From a virus (lineage: Duplodnaviria > Caudoviricetes), in IMG/VR virus record IMGVR_UViG_3300031658_000079, positions 1 to 27,997 of that record: 27,997 nt of DNA; one strand, written 5' to 3'. Shown one piece after another: positions 11,501-18,694 of this stretch (its first letter is position 1; every line of letters starts with the position of its first letter). The notes under the pieces were generated by a model. The model searched no databases, was not told the origin of the DNA, and saw only the letters and a program-made list of their open reading frames with translations. The position numbers and the translations under genes were made by a program.

Positions 11501-14500
11501 CCAGGAAATACTAGTGATACAACTACTTATTTAGGTACTCCATTAAAACTACAAGATTTATTTACATCTTGGTTTAATGAGGGTTTAATTGCTTCACCAG
11601 ATATATTTGACTGTGTGTTTGCATATCTGGTTATGTCAACCTACCCAACAGCTCCAAATGCTTCTAGCAGCACGTACAGTGAAATTGTTCGTGTGTTAAA
11701 TCCTCACGGACCAAATCCATACTCATGGCCTATAAGTGTAAGTGATACTTCTAATTTAACAGCAGGGGTTCAAACTAACTGTCATGCAGGAACTTGGCAT
11801 GGTACTGCTTTAGGAGCGGGCCCTCATGCTTCTGCGGGACAACCTACAACTATTCTTGTAGCTCCTTGTGGATGTACAGATGATGGAACTATTACTCCTT
11901 CTACTGGTTGGTTTTTACCAACAGTCTCGGCATATACATCTCCACTATTTTCTACATCAACACCAGCAGATAATTTAATGACGAATTCTTCTATGGGAAT
12001 AGATGATGGTTCATGTATATATGCAGGATGTATGGACTCATCAGCGTCTAATTATAATAGTGGGGCTTCTCAAGATTGTACAAGTCTTTGTGGGACAGCA
12101 ACTTGCTGTTGTACTTACACAGGATGTACAGATAATTGTGCAATCAATTATGATCCTTTAGCTGTTACTGATGATGGATCGTGTCTTTTACCAAATCCTA
12201 CTATAGGCACTACATTTATGCCTAGTACTCTGTGTACTATGCCATTTAGACTTGTATTTAAGCAGTCTGGGCAGTATGGAGCTGCCTGGGGGTTTACATC
12301 TGTAGCGTGGACTGTTCATTTTGATCCAGCAGGTACTAACGTTCCTGTTTTGAGCGGAACTACTGCTTCTGCGCCATATAACGTTGTAACTATTAACTGG
12401 ATGGATGACTGTAGTACAGCTACGATTTTTTCATCTGGTCCAGGAACTTATAGATTTACAGGTGTACTAACATATCCTAGTGGGTGTTCTATTACTCTTA
12501 CTACAGATATGACTAATAGTTCTCAGTTTATTACATGTGATTGTGCACTTTGCCCAAGTTGTAGTAATTATAACTCATCAGCTACTTGTGATGATGGCTC
12601 TTGTACAGGGTGTACTGATATTACTGCCAGTAATTATAATTCTGGAGCAGTTATTGATGATGGATCTTGTATTGTTAGTGGATGTACTGACGCAGGAGCA
12701 GCAAATTATAATGCACTAGCTACTGTAGATGATGGAAGTTGTTTATTTTGGCATGTATGGGAAGAGTGTACTTCTGGAGATAAGATGTCGTTTGGAGGAG
12801 GGACAGGTCCAGGAATAGTAACATTACTTAACAATCAAGTTGGTTTAAATTATATTAACCCCCTTGAAACTATAGGAGAAACTTTTCAAGCAGATTACTG
12901 GGATGGAACGGCTTGGCAGACAGATGGATGTTGGAAATACATAGGAACAGCTTCAGGAGACAATCCTGCAAATTATACTAACCCATTAAACAGTGGTGTA
13001 GGTCCAGCACAATGGATACCAGCAGTTGTAACTACAACGTATTCAAATTGTTTAGGATGTATACCAGTATTAGGTTGTATAGACCCTACAGCATATAATT
13101 ATAATTTTAATTGTGCAGGTGCTGCAGTATTAGCAACAGTAGATGATTTTTGCTGTGCTTATTCTTGCTGTGGTGCTCCTATTTTCACACAGGCGGCAGG
13201 ACATGTAGATTCTTGTGATGCAGAGTATACAATGACTATTAATTGTAATGCTATTGCCGCAGATAATGCAGACACTATAACAACAACTTTACAATTTTGG
13301 GACGGGACTGCCTGGCAAATAGCTAATAGTTCTGTTTATGATCCTGCAGGCACAGATAATATAACTAGTCATTCAATCACTTATCACTATAATTGTAATA
13401 CTGATGACTTTGGGGGGTATGGCACAGGACAATATAGAATATACTCATCAATAACATACTCAAATGGAGTTACGTGTTCATCCCACTCAAATGGTGGTGC
13501 TAGTATAGTAATTACGTTAGACCCAGGAGGATGTACTGATATTAATGCAACCAATTATGACGCAGCTGCTGTTTGCCAATGTGTAACCTGCCTCTATAAC
13601 CACTGCTGCGCTACTCCGGTATTAACTATAGACGGAACAAACGGAATATGTGCTCAATCTTTAGAGTGTGACATACAATGTGATCCAGCTGCTGATGATG
13701 GATATACAGCTTTGTGGCAAAGTTTTGCTACTGGGTCTTGGGTTACTATAGATACTCAAACTAGTGCAGGGCCTACAGCGGCTGCTACACTAACCCTAGC
13801 TAATAGTTATTTACATACTGCTAGTGGAACATCAGAAAATTATAGAGTAGTCTTTACAAGTGATTATACTGCACCTACTCCAGATTGTACAATTTATTCT
13901 AACATATTAACAGTTATAGCCCCTATCTTAGGGTGTATGGATGGAGGGTTAACTGAATATACAGTAGGTCCAGGGGGTACAGGATTTGGAACGGCAGCTG
14001 ATGGAATAACAGCTTCAAATTATGATCCTACAGCTGAGTGTGATGATGCAAGTTGTTGTGTTGATGGGTGTACAGATGCACTTGCTACAAACTATAATGC
14101 TTTAGCAACTTGTGGTGATGGCTCGTGTACTTATACATGTTGTACCAGTCCTGCATTAATAGCAAACTATACTGCCCCTTGTTTCCCTCATCTGGAATGG
14201 ACAAGTGACTTTAGTGCGTGTCCTGCTACTCCAACCTCTTTAACATTAGATTGGTATGAGAACACAGCTGGTAATATTCTAGTACAAACAACAGTATATC
14301 CTGCTCCCGTAGATGGAACAACTTATATATTACCTAATGCAATTTCAGCTCCTTTTGGGACAATGCTATGGTGGGTAATTCCAACATATACTTTTGGAGG
14401 TACTTCAATCCCTGACTGTAATAATATTGAGATGGTAGTTATTGTTGCTCCCATTCTAGGTTGCACTAACCCACTCTCTTTAAATTATAATGCTTTAGCT

Positions 14501-16399
14501 ACATGTGATGACGGTAGTTGTATAACTCCTGTTTTTGCTTGTACTGACCCTACAGCTGTAAATTATAACCCAAATGCATCTAACGATGATGGATCTTGTA
14601 TACATTGTGGGACAGGATGTACTGATACTGCAGGAGGGTATTCTAATTATGATGCTACAGCTATTTGTGATTGTGATAATGTATGGGTTAACATGGGGAC
14701 ATGTAGCGATACCGCATATTACGACGATAATGCGTGTACTACAGGGGGTGGAACTTGGACTAACACATATACAAACAATAATACTTCAGCAACGTGGAAT
14801 ACTTGCTGCATTGCTTGTGTTTATGGATGCACAGATTTTAATTGGAATAATTATAACCCTTTGGCAACTTGCCCTTGTACGGAATTATTAGGAACAGAAC
14901 CTTGCAACACTAGTACAAACTCTTTAACTGGAGATGACTGTTGTTGTACAAGTTGTATTTACGGGTGTACTGATGATGGAAGTAAAAATCAACTTTGGTG
15001 GGATGGAGGAGGTGGAACAGATTACGCATTCGCTACAGGAATAGCTACATATGGGGTAACACCTAATGCAGCCGGCGCTACTAATTTTAATAGTCTTGCA
15101 ACATGTGAAGATGGTTCGTGTACATATGCCGGGTGTACAGATTTATTAGCTACAAATTATAACTCTAATCTGGTAGCAGATTGCTTAGGCGTGGTAGCAG
15201 GATCAAATTGGTCTACATGTTGTGTGTACCCTGCGACTGGGTGTACTGATGCTACTACACCCGCGTTTAATATTACACCAGGAGCAACAGTTGATGATGG
15301 TTCGTGTATGTACTGTGATTTAGCTACAGGGAATTATGAAGACGCTGCTGGAGCAGATCAAGCAACATGGGCTACAGGGACTTATACTCAATCCCCAACA
15401 ACAAGTATAGCTGCTGTAGATGGAAGTGTGTTTACTTCTTTCACTTTAACTAGTGTTGGAATAGCGCTTCAAAATACTGCAGAATTTTTAAATGGTACTA
15501 ATAGCTTTGCTATAGAGTTATATACTGTGCCTACAAATTGTGGAGCATCAAGTGGTGGTACACTTCTAGCTACAGGCCCTTTAACATTAGCTTCAAGTAG
15601 TATTATAACTAATAATTTTACAGGGCTGCCTTATGGGTATTACGCAGTGAAATTAGTTGTTAAGAATTCTATCGGTACTACAGAGCCTACTAATTGCTGG
15701 GTTGAGTCATGCGCATTAATACAGGCTACTGTTTGTTCTGATGCTGCTGCTGCTAATACTTCTACAATAGCTGCAAATTTACAGTATACTGATAATACAT
15801 TATGTATTTATCCAGGATACTGTGCATGTCAGGCAAGTTTAAGTGTTACAACAGGTACTCCATGTAGTAATTCTGCAGTTATAAATGCTACAATTTCTTG
15901 TACAACATTTACAGATATTTCTTGGAGCTGGCAAGACGCTGGAGGAAACACGCTTTTAGCAGGAGTTACTTCTGCGGTATTGGCGGGACAAATTGTTTCA
16001 AGTCTTCCTGTAACAACAAATGCAACGTATACATTTATATGGGATGAAACAAGCACACCTTACGCTACTTGCCCTCAACAGACTGCTGCTACAACTGTTA
16101 CTACAATAATATCCTGTGCGTGTACAGATTCTACAGCGGCTAATTATAATGGCACAGCAACGTATAACTGCCTTGGTAATCCTGTTCCAGATCAAACTGC
16201 AGGATGGAATGCATCACCTTGTTGTTTAAGTTGCATATATGGATGTATGTCTTCTACAGCTTTAAACTATAATATAAAAGCTACATGTGACGACGGATCT
16301 TGTATTGAGCCTGGAGACGGATGTTGTGATCCAGGAGCTGCTAATTTTAACTCAGCAGCAACAAATTGTCTCCCTAACCTATGTACATACTGTAACTAA
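5528..16399 (+). CDS. Giant Cys-rich repeat protein (3623 aa), probable virion appendage/adhesin
   Basis: Uninterrupted 10.9-kb ORF. Roughly 20-25 GC[TM]DxxAxNYxxxAxxDDGSC-type units are interspersed with beta-rich domains. No signal peptide. Confidence 0.8.
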   Translation: MPVTCPSCSSITLTAASGNTNCISEWRAEIFCTSNPFDKVTTTLQYSVTGTGGWTDILLSYLDYQNTFQNFNSPTQNMNGLGTQTGYFDYNTQTFDGYHAFKHQCGALSPFQENKTGYYRVKAELEYPSITCTQYSNSVLITIGSGNIVDLEASVSCGCVDTDSTYGTSAKLALNFQASAPTCPSDCRFESCPTLLSMSDGDIVYNLPSKVEDRSVVLFNINDLGPANSVAFAAGKNYMYWTSATSGYITEVGYQWPGGWDFETGATATSFKVGVLNLDYVTPLYSWGSHLADIPNTTHQLLASHRNRHINFNGSSLTTNYQLHTGGQHPNSIYIINNYNISDLAQGKIYPALFDWGGVTRQEQFDFGIVVTSDYDAGDSAGDLVGTVLVNLDPIRMVNPLEVQAADMEPMFMYPDYNFYDAANSNPGALPTMNAEVGITSGFDYKTYCSGDLTVFRTNAHTTLYSLDDASNTFTTGTSNHPCTGVGADCPPYYHSSDVNAPHASIGRLKILNRIEYVSSTAGEDDEFPSTTTAIKLRFANGSLTSPGATAEEGWYHIIAKDWNREIYNTWNTANPQTPAMNNGSTQHWASLGNAGIGFSSHQNYNTIYNTSFFSMPQYELFFENGTDTWRYGFNPLGLHASYGTIPYQVDEAGKSTFRVLDTTNGGACTGYASSCSDPVSLNFDSNTVSTFSRGSGRSEKRSTVCFYCDKLTGKVEAVSPGDDGPSGDISVPFEFVSLSTTNPTYANWGDGSITLTVNRTAIFSDNFPVPIPNYRYKAVIYKVSGPGVSWTDSQSYIVAGGIQDLLTSPVVTFASTTYPSPLLLPEGHYSIKWSINVIDPGVYEVEECWWEYPVSLTADNVAPNPPIFLHLGIHTSGYSFKVQALDTVRSYASAPTLTPVFTPPTTSFVQCQEGTCLDSGTVSGTVGTNITLYGGGSLYSYKDVCVAAGHTWNGFDHIASIEDVTVGNWGNMTAKPTFTHSYPLSGVPYPNHAYNKTIWQSSTYFPKTTPSFISSAIGTLYPAADIDIKVTWESGFTKTFTLTSPIMHGRGGQGLNGWWNLGDLAPCAAEMWPTGQSLYNEPGITFLPYDQNATTTSSATSPYVSHVPHLVRTQSSTTAHNLNQSYKNQQFYKVLSLPSQAPTYPYEVYDGVGSAHGQSGKGIRGYFSTSQFVDWNIGRSLAANGTATLHAGMILGGFTGEVLYKIGHVSVLSSWFAANSLAAVAGVLSTIGTSTHYDDLITSIKNTTGTAYQGNITSPAVIGGVGTAGTLTDADDSGIYFEDGLFYAKDCPVCLTPQFDKACRAAGAINLDLTGYSSASTLASQDDGSCMMCEAGSGKLQVDAWDPGDDDPAHFSFYNTNPIPYPSSGPDLDVSNLIEGTGNILDINTGSNNWGADDGLLNVVDGSNFLGKTWYKIQGGSGAYLGYASNTTDGSGEILFRADFWGQFLLAASTSMGNLGTDFQVFYELFYYNTSTSSWDLIEQRGTASYVNGVPSTVEDFHSGTTTQNITYGHYKLRIKAVDTNIGFSGPLTTCFQDVYLNMRVRVCDTLYSTTDGIIISDPNERIVDPSLSCNCCPALVLSATTSGTGCNITQGLTITANCDSTNGVTLISSTLTATFLTGPLAGSSSSLGAITSFTGSPVTTGSVTAAHLGPMALYGASYTVTSTYTGGTCDGAVLTSAPFSIAATPTCECQDPTALNYQTVYPNGNADCVGAIGGTNYSCCTYPTACAAPTVAIVSTACNVTLTATSTCSGSMPDTTQFFVMDVSATSNVWDANNPTYTGATQTFAPTTAAISWTMVESCNLNQISIWAGLTNGVFVILQRQTWTTTGYTIDSVSSVFTLGTGSNPLGTGHFPVVCGCTIQTVGSPAITATNYSASNTCGDGSCIYPGCMDATATNYNAAATIDDGSCLGDPSCSIITGLNWRRPDCSSGWCDPEIEFNWAQCDTDSAGNSIESPDTIQIKTIFSIDNGASWVQSSQYTVAGVMNTPGNTSDTTTYLGTPLKLQDLFTSWFNEGLIASPDIFDCVFAYLVMSTYPTAPNASSSTYSEIVRVLNPHGPNPYSWPISVSDTSNLTAGVQTNCHAGTWHGTALGAGPHASAGQPTTILVAPCGCTDDGTITPSTGWFLPTVSAYTSPLFSTSTPADNLMTNSSMGIDDGSCIYAGCMDSSASNYNSGASQDCTSLCGTATCCCTYTGCTDNCAINYDPLAVTDDGSCLLPNPTIGTTFMPSTLCTMPFRLVFKQSGQYGAAWGFTSVAWTVHFDPAGTNVPVLSGTTASAPYNVVTINWMDDCSTATIFSSGPGTYRFTGVLTYPSGCSITLTTDMTNSSQFITCDCALCPSCSNYNSSATCDDGSCTGCTDITASNYNSGAVIDDGSCIVSGCTDAGAANYNALATVDDGSCLFWHVWEECTSGDKMSFGGGTGPGIVTLLNNQVGLNYINPLETIGETFQADYWDGTAWQTDGCWKYIGTASGDNPANYTNPLNSGVGPAQWIPAVVTTTYSNCLGCIPVLGCIDPTAYNYNFNCAGAAVLATVDDFCCAYSCCGAPIFTQAAGHVDSCDAEYTMTINCNAIAADNADTITTTLQFWDGTAWQIANSSVYDPAGTDNITSHSITYHYNCNTDDFGGYGTGQYRIYSSITYSNGVTCSSHSNGGASIVITLDPGGCTDINATNYDAAAVCQCVTCLYNHCCATPVLTIDGTNGICAQSLECDIQCDPAADDGYTALWQSFATGSWVTIDTQTSAGPTAAATLTLANSYLHTASGTSENYRVVFTSDYTAPTPDCTIYSNILTVIAPILGCMDGGLTEYTVGPGGTGFGTAADGITASNYDPTAECDDASCCVDGCTDALATNYNALATCGDGSCTYTCCTSPALIANYTAPCFPHLEWTSDFSACPATPTSLTLDWYENTAGNILVQTTVYPAPVDGTTYILPNAISAPFGTMLWWVIPTYTFGGTSIPDCNNIEMVVIVAPILGCTNPLSLNYNALATCDDGSCITPVFACTDPTAVNYNPNASNDDGSCIHCGTGCTDTAGGYSNYDATAICDCDNVWVNMGTCSDTAYYDDNACTTGGGTWTNTYTNNNTSATWNTCCIACVYGCTDFNWNNYNPLATCPCTELLGTEPCNTSTNSLTGDDCCCTSCIYGCTDDGSKNQLWWDGGGGTDYAFATGIATYGVTPNAAGATNFNSLATCEDGSCTYAGCTDLLATNYNSNLVADCLGVVAGSNWSTCCVYPATGCTDATTPAFNITPGATVDDGSCMYCDLATGNYEDAAGADQATWATGTYTQSPTTSIAAVDGSVFTSFTLTSVGIALQNTAEFLNGTNSFAIELYTVPTNCGASSGGTLLATGPLTLASSSIITNNFTGLPYGYYAVKLVVKNSIGTTEPTNCWVESCALIQATVCSDAAAANTSTIAANLQYTDNTLCIYPGYCACQASLSVTTGTPCSNSAVINATISCTTFTDISWSWQDAGGNTLLAGVTSAVLAGQIVSSLPVTTNATYTFIWDETSTPYATCPQQTAATTVTTIISCACTDSTAANYNGTATYNCLGNPVPDQTAGWNASPCCLSCIYGCMSSTALNYNIKATCDDGSCIEPGDGCCDPGAANFNSAATNCLPNLCTYCN
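10600..16396 (+). repeat. Dispersed coding repeats GC[TM]D-x2-A-x-NY-x3-A-x2-DDGSC in the giant protein
   Basis: Examples: GCMDATATNYNAAATIDDGSC, GCTDITASNYNSGAVIDDGSC, GCTDAGAANYNALATVDDGSC, GCTNPLSLNYNALATCDDGSC, GCMSSTALNYNIKATCDDGSC. Confidence 0.9.
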
Positions 16400-16410
16400 A
16401 AAATAAAACT

Positions 16411-16713
16411 ATGGCATCAAATTTAACCTTAAACTCAGCAACCTACTTAAAACTTCAGAAATGTCTTATAGGAGATGGAGATCGTCTATTAAATAAAATT
16501 GAAACAGGTCGTATAGATGACTGTTCTTTAATGAATCAAACTACATTTGCAATTATAGAATATTTACTTCAAAAGGTAGAACCTTTGCCTTTAGAGTGTC
16601 TAATACCTTGTGATGTAGAATATTCTGGAACAATGTCTGCATCATCACATGGTTATTTAAATAAATTTATTAACTTTGCAAATCAACACTGCGATTATTG
16701 TAACTATAATTAA
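16411..16713 (+). CDS. Small helical Cys-containing protein (possible second hub-type protein)
   Basis: 100 aa; LQKCL...DDCS...CLIPC...HCDYC; A-rich leader. Confidence 0.55.
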   Translation: MASNLTLNSATYLKLQKCLIGDGDRLLNKIETGRIDDCSLMNQTTFAIIEYLLQKVEPLPLECLIPCDVEYSGTMSASSHGYLNKFINFANQHCDYCNYN

Positions 16714-16744
16714 AGTGAGTAATAACTAAACCCAATATATAAAA

Positions 16745-17182
16745 ATGGAAGCAATGACACAAAAAACTACAACAATGAAGTTTAACGGAACAAAACATGA
16801 ACTGGTAGAAATACTTAATGGCCTTTACTCTACAGGAGAATTAGCAGGAAAAGAATTTGCAATCGCCTCTAGTAAAAACATTACTATTATTAAAGAAGCG
16901 CTAAAAGACATCGAAGAGATAGCAAAACCATCTGCAGATTTTATAGAACTTGCAGAAAAAGTAAAAGCTATTGGTACAGAAGAGGATTCTAAGGTACAAG
17001 TAGATGCATTAGAAGCAGAAAACCCAGAACTAGTCCAAGCAAGAAAGTCTCAATTAGAAGCAGTAACAGCAATGCTTGATGAAGATGTAGAGGTAAACTT
17101 GGTAGGAATTACTTCGGCAATGTTACCAGAAGAAATTAAATCTCATCAAGTAAGTTTACTTACAAAAATATTAATTGATTAA
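16745..17182 (+). CDS. Acidic helical hypothetical phage protein
   Basis: 145 aa, Glu/Lys-rich and coiled-coil-like, with an A-rich leader. The start could be one of several nearby Met codons. Confidence 0.6.
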   Translation: MEAMTQKTTTMKFNGTKHELVEILNGLYSTGELAGKEFAIASSKNITIIKEALKDIEEIAKPSADFIELAEKVKAIGTEEDSKVQVDALEAENPELVQARKSQLEAVTAMLDEDVEVNLVGITSAMLPEEIKSHQVSLLTKILID

Positions 17183-17196
17183 AACAAAAAAACAAA

Positions 17197-18051
17197 ATGG
17201 CAATACTAACTTCAAAACTAATCTTAACCAGCACAGATCTAACAACTGATTCTCTGGCATTAAGTCACCAAACTACTTTTACAGGTAGTCACACTAGCGG
17301 GCTTGCTAGGGAGAATATAAAATCTATATCTAAAACAGTAAAAATTTCTTGTATAGACGGAGACGCTGTAACAACAGGAGCTGCTTTAGAAGGGCAATAT
17401 CTAGATATTACTGATAATCATGGTCTTAAGAAGAGATATGTAGTAACAGATACCGCTGCAAGTGGTGCCGCTACAGGTACTCTAATTGTTGCGAATACAG
17501 ATATTGGTAGTACGAGTACACCAGCATCAAACTTATACGGAGCTGTTTCTGTGGGAATAGGCGCAGGATCTAGTCAAAATCTTTTACTAGCACAATTAAA
17601 AATTGCTATTGCAGATGCTCAAGGACATAATGGGTCTATAACTGTAGGCGCTTTAGCATCAGCAGCTAACGGGCCTCAATCTATAACTCTTACTAACGCT
17701 GTTGCAGGAGAAAGTGGAATGTTTACTGTAGACAGTGTAAACTCTACTTTAACTATCCTAGACACAACAGGAGATGCGGAGGCTACTAACAGCCAAGAGC
17801 AACACTCTGTTGTTATAGCAAAGGGTAAATATGCTTCTCCAGCAATTTATTATATAAAGAATACAGCTACATATAATGCTAGTACAGGTATAGTATACTT
17901 ATATTGGAATGATGGAGCAAGTACAGAATTTATGGAAATGCGTGGGCAACAGTTTGCATATTTTCCAGGGAACCCTCAACATGATTTAATGGCATACACT
18001 TCAACAGCTAATACAGTGATTGAATTTATGGCAGTAGGTACAGAGGCATAA
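17197..18051 (+). CDS. Hypothetical beta-rich structural protein
   Basis: 284 aa, Thr/Ala/Gly/Ser-rich; C-terminal YYIKNT...GQQFAYFP...IEFM; strong A-rich leader. Confidence 0.6.
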   Translation: MAILTSKLILTSTDLTTDSLALSHQTTFTGSHTSGLARENIKSISKTVKISCIDGDAVTTGAALEGQYLDITDNHGLKKRYVVTDTAASGAATGTLIVANTDIGSTSTPASNLYGAVSVGIGAGSSQNLLLAQLKIAIADAQGHNGSITVGALASAANGPQSITLTNAVAGESGMFTVDSVNSTLTILDTTGDAEATNSQEQHSVVIAKGKYASPAIYYIKNTATYNASTGIVYLYWNDGASTEFMEMRGQQFAYFPGNPQHDLMAYTSTANTVIEFMAVGTEA

Positions 18052-18052
18052 C

Positions 18053-18334
18053 ATGGCTAAAGAGTTAAATGAAGATACTGGTTTTACGATTAGTATTAAA
18101 ACTTTAGTAGGGATAGGAGCAGCCATGGCAACTGTTATAAGTATGTGGTTTATACTACAAGCTGATATAGCGGAAGCAAGGGAGTTACCAACGCCGTTAG
18201 AATCAGATGTTAGTAGGATGGAATTTGATATGAAGGATAAAATGATTAGACAGACTATAATGACAACTCAGCAGGATGTAGAGGATATGAAAAAAACTCT
18301 AGAACGAATAGAGGATAAACTTTACAAGAGATGA
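18053..18334 (+). CDS. Single-pass membrane protein with C-terminal coiled coil
   Basis: Hydrophobic segment LVGIGAAMATVISMWFIL, then heptad-like QQDVEDMKKTLERIEDKLY. Its stop overlaps the next start (ATGA). Confidence 0.75.
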   Translation: MAKELNEDTGFTISIKTLVGIGAAMATVISMWFILQADIAEARELPTPLESDVSRMEFDMKDKMIRQTIMTTQQDVEDMKKTLERIEDKLYKR

Positions 18335-18693
18335 AAGATAAAAGTACTGTTTGGAGAATCTTCGTGATGTATTTACTTGTATTAGCTTGTATGTTAATAT
18401 CTAGTTCAGCGTTTAGCCAGCTTCAAGTAGTAGTTTTTAACGCAGGGTGGAACGCTGCAAACGACGTAAAGTGGGCATATGATTTAAAAGATGTTGAAAC
18501 GTATGTTTATGTAGATGTGAGTAAAGATGTTAATTTACAAAAGAAGCACAAGATAGCAGTTATACCTACTATCATATTATTTAAAGATGATATTGAAGTT
18601 ATAAGATTTCAAGCTGATCTTAGTTTTAAAATGATAGCAACAAAAGAAGAAGTACAAGATGAGATAGATAACCAAATAATGAGCGATTTTTAA
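18331..18693 (+). CDS. Exported thioredoxin-fold protein lacking the CxxC active site
   Basis: Signal peptide ending AFS|Q. VVVFNAGWNAAN aligns with thioredoxin VVDFxAxWCGPC, and YVDV...LQKKHKIAVIPTIILFKD matches the thioredoxin cis-Pro region. Confidence 0.75.
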   Translation: MKDKSTVWRIFVMYLLVLACMLISSSAFSQLQVVVFNAGWNAANDVKWAYDLKDVETYVYVDVSKDVNLQKKHKIAVIPTIILFKDDIEVIRFQADLSFKMIATKEEVQDEIDNQIMSDF

Positions 18694-18694
18694 A

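Noticed and set aside
8270-14761. Similar mini-motifs GTCLD...CVAAGHTW (8270-8389) and GTCSD...CTTGGGTW (14696-14761)
   Set aside because: Possibly a third small Cys module, but there are only two copies with different spacing. Too weak to claim without a profile search.
444-18334. Stop-codon reassignment (TAG or TGA), known in some crAss-like phages
   Set aside because: Long ORFs are intact under code 11. TAG ends the first gene and the MCP, and TGA ends 18053-18334, all at sensible boundaries.
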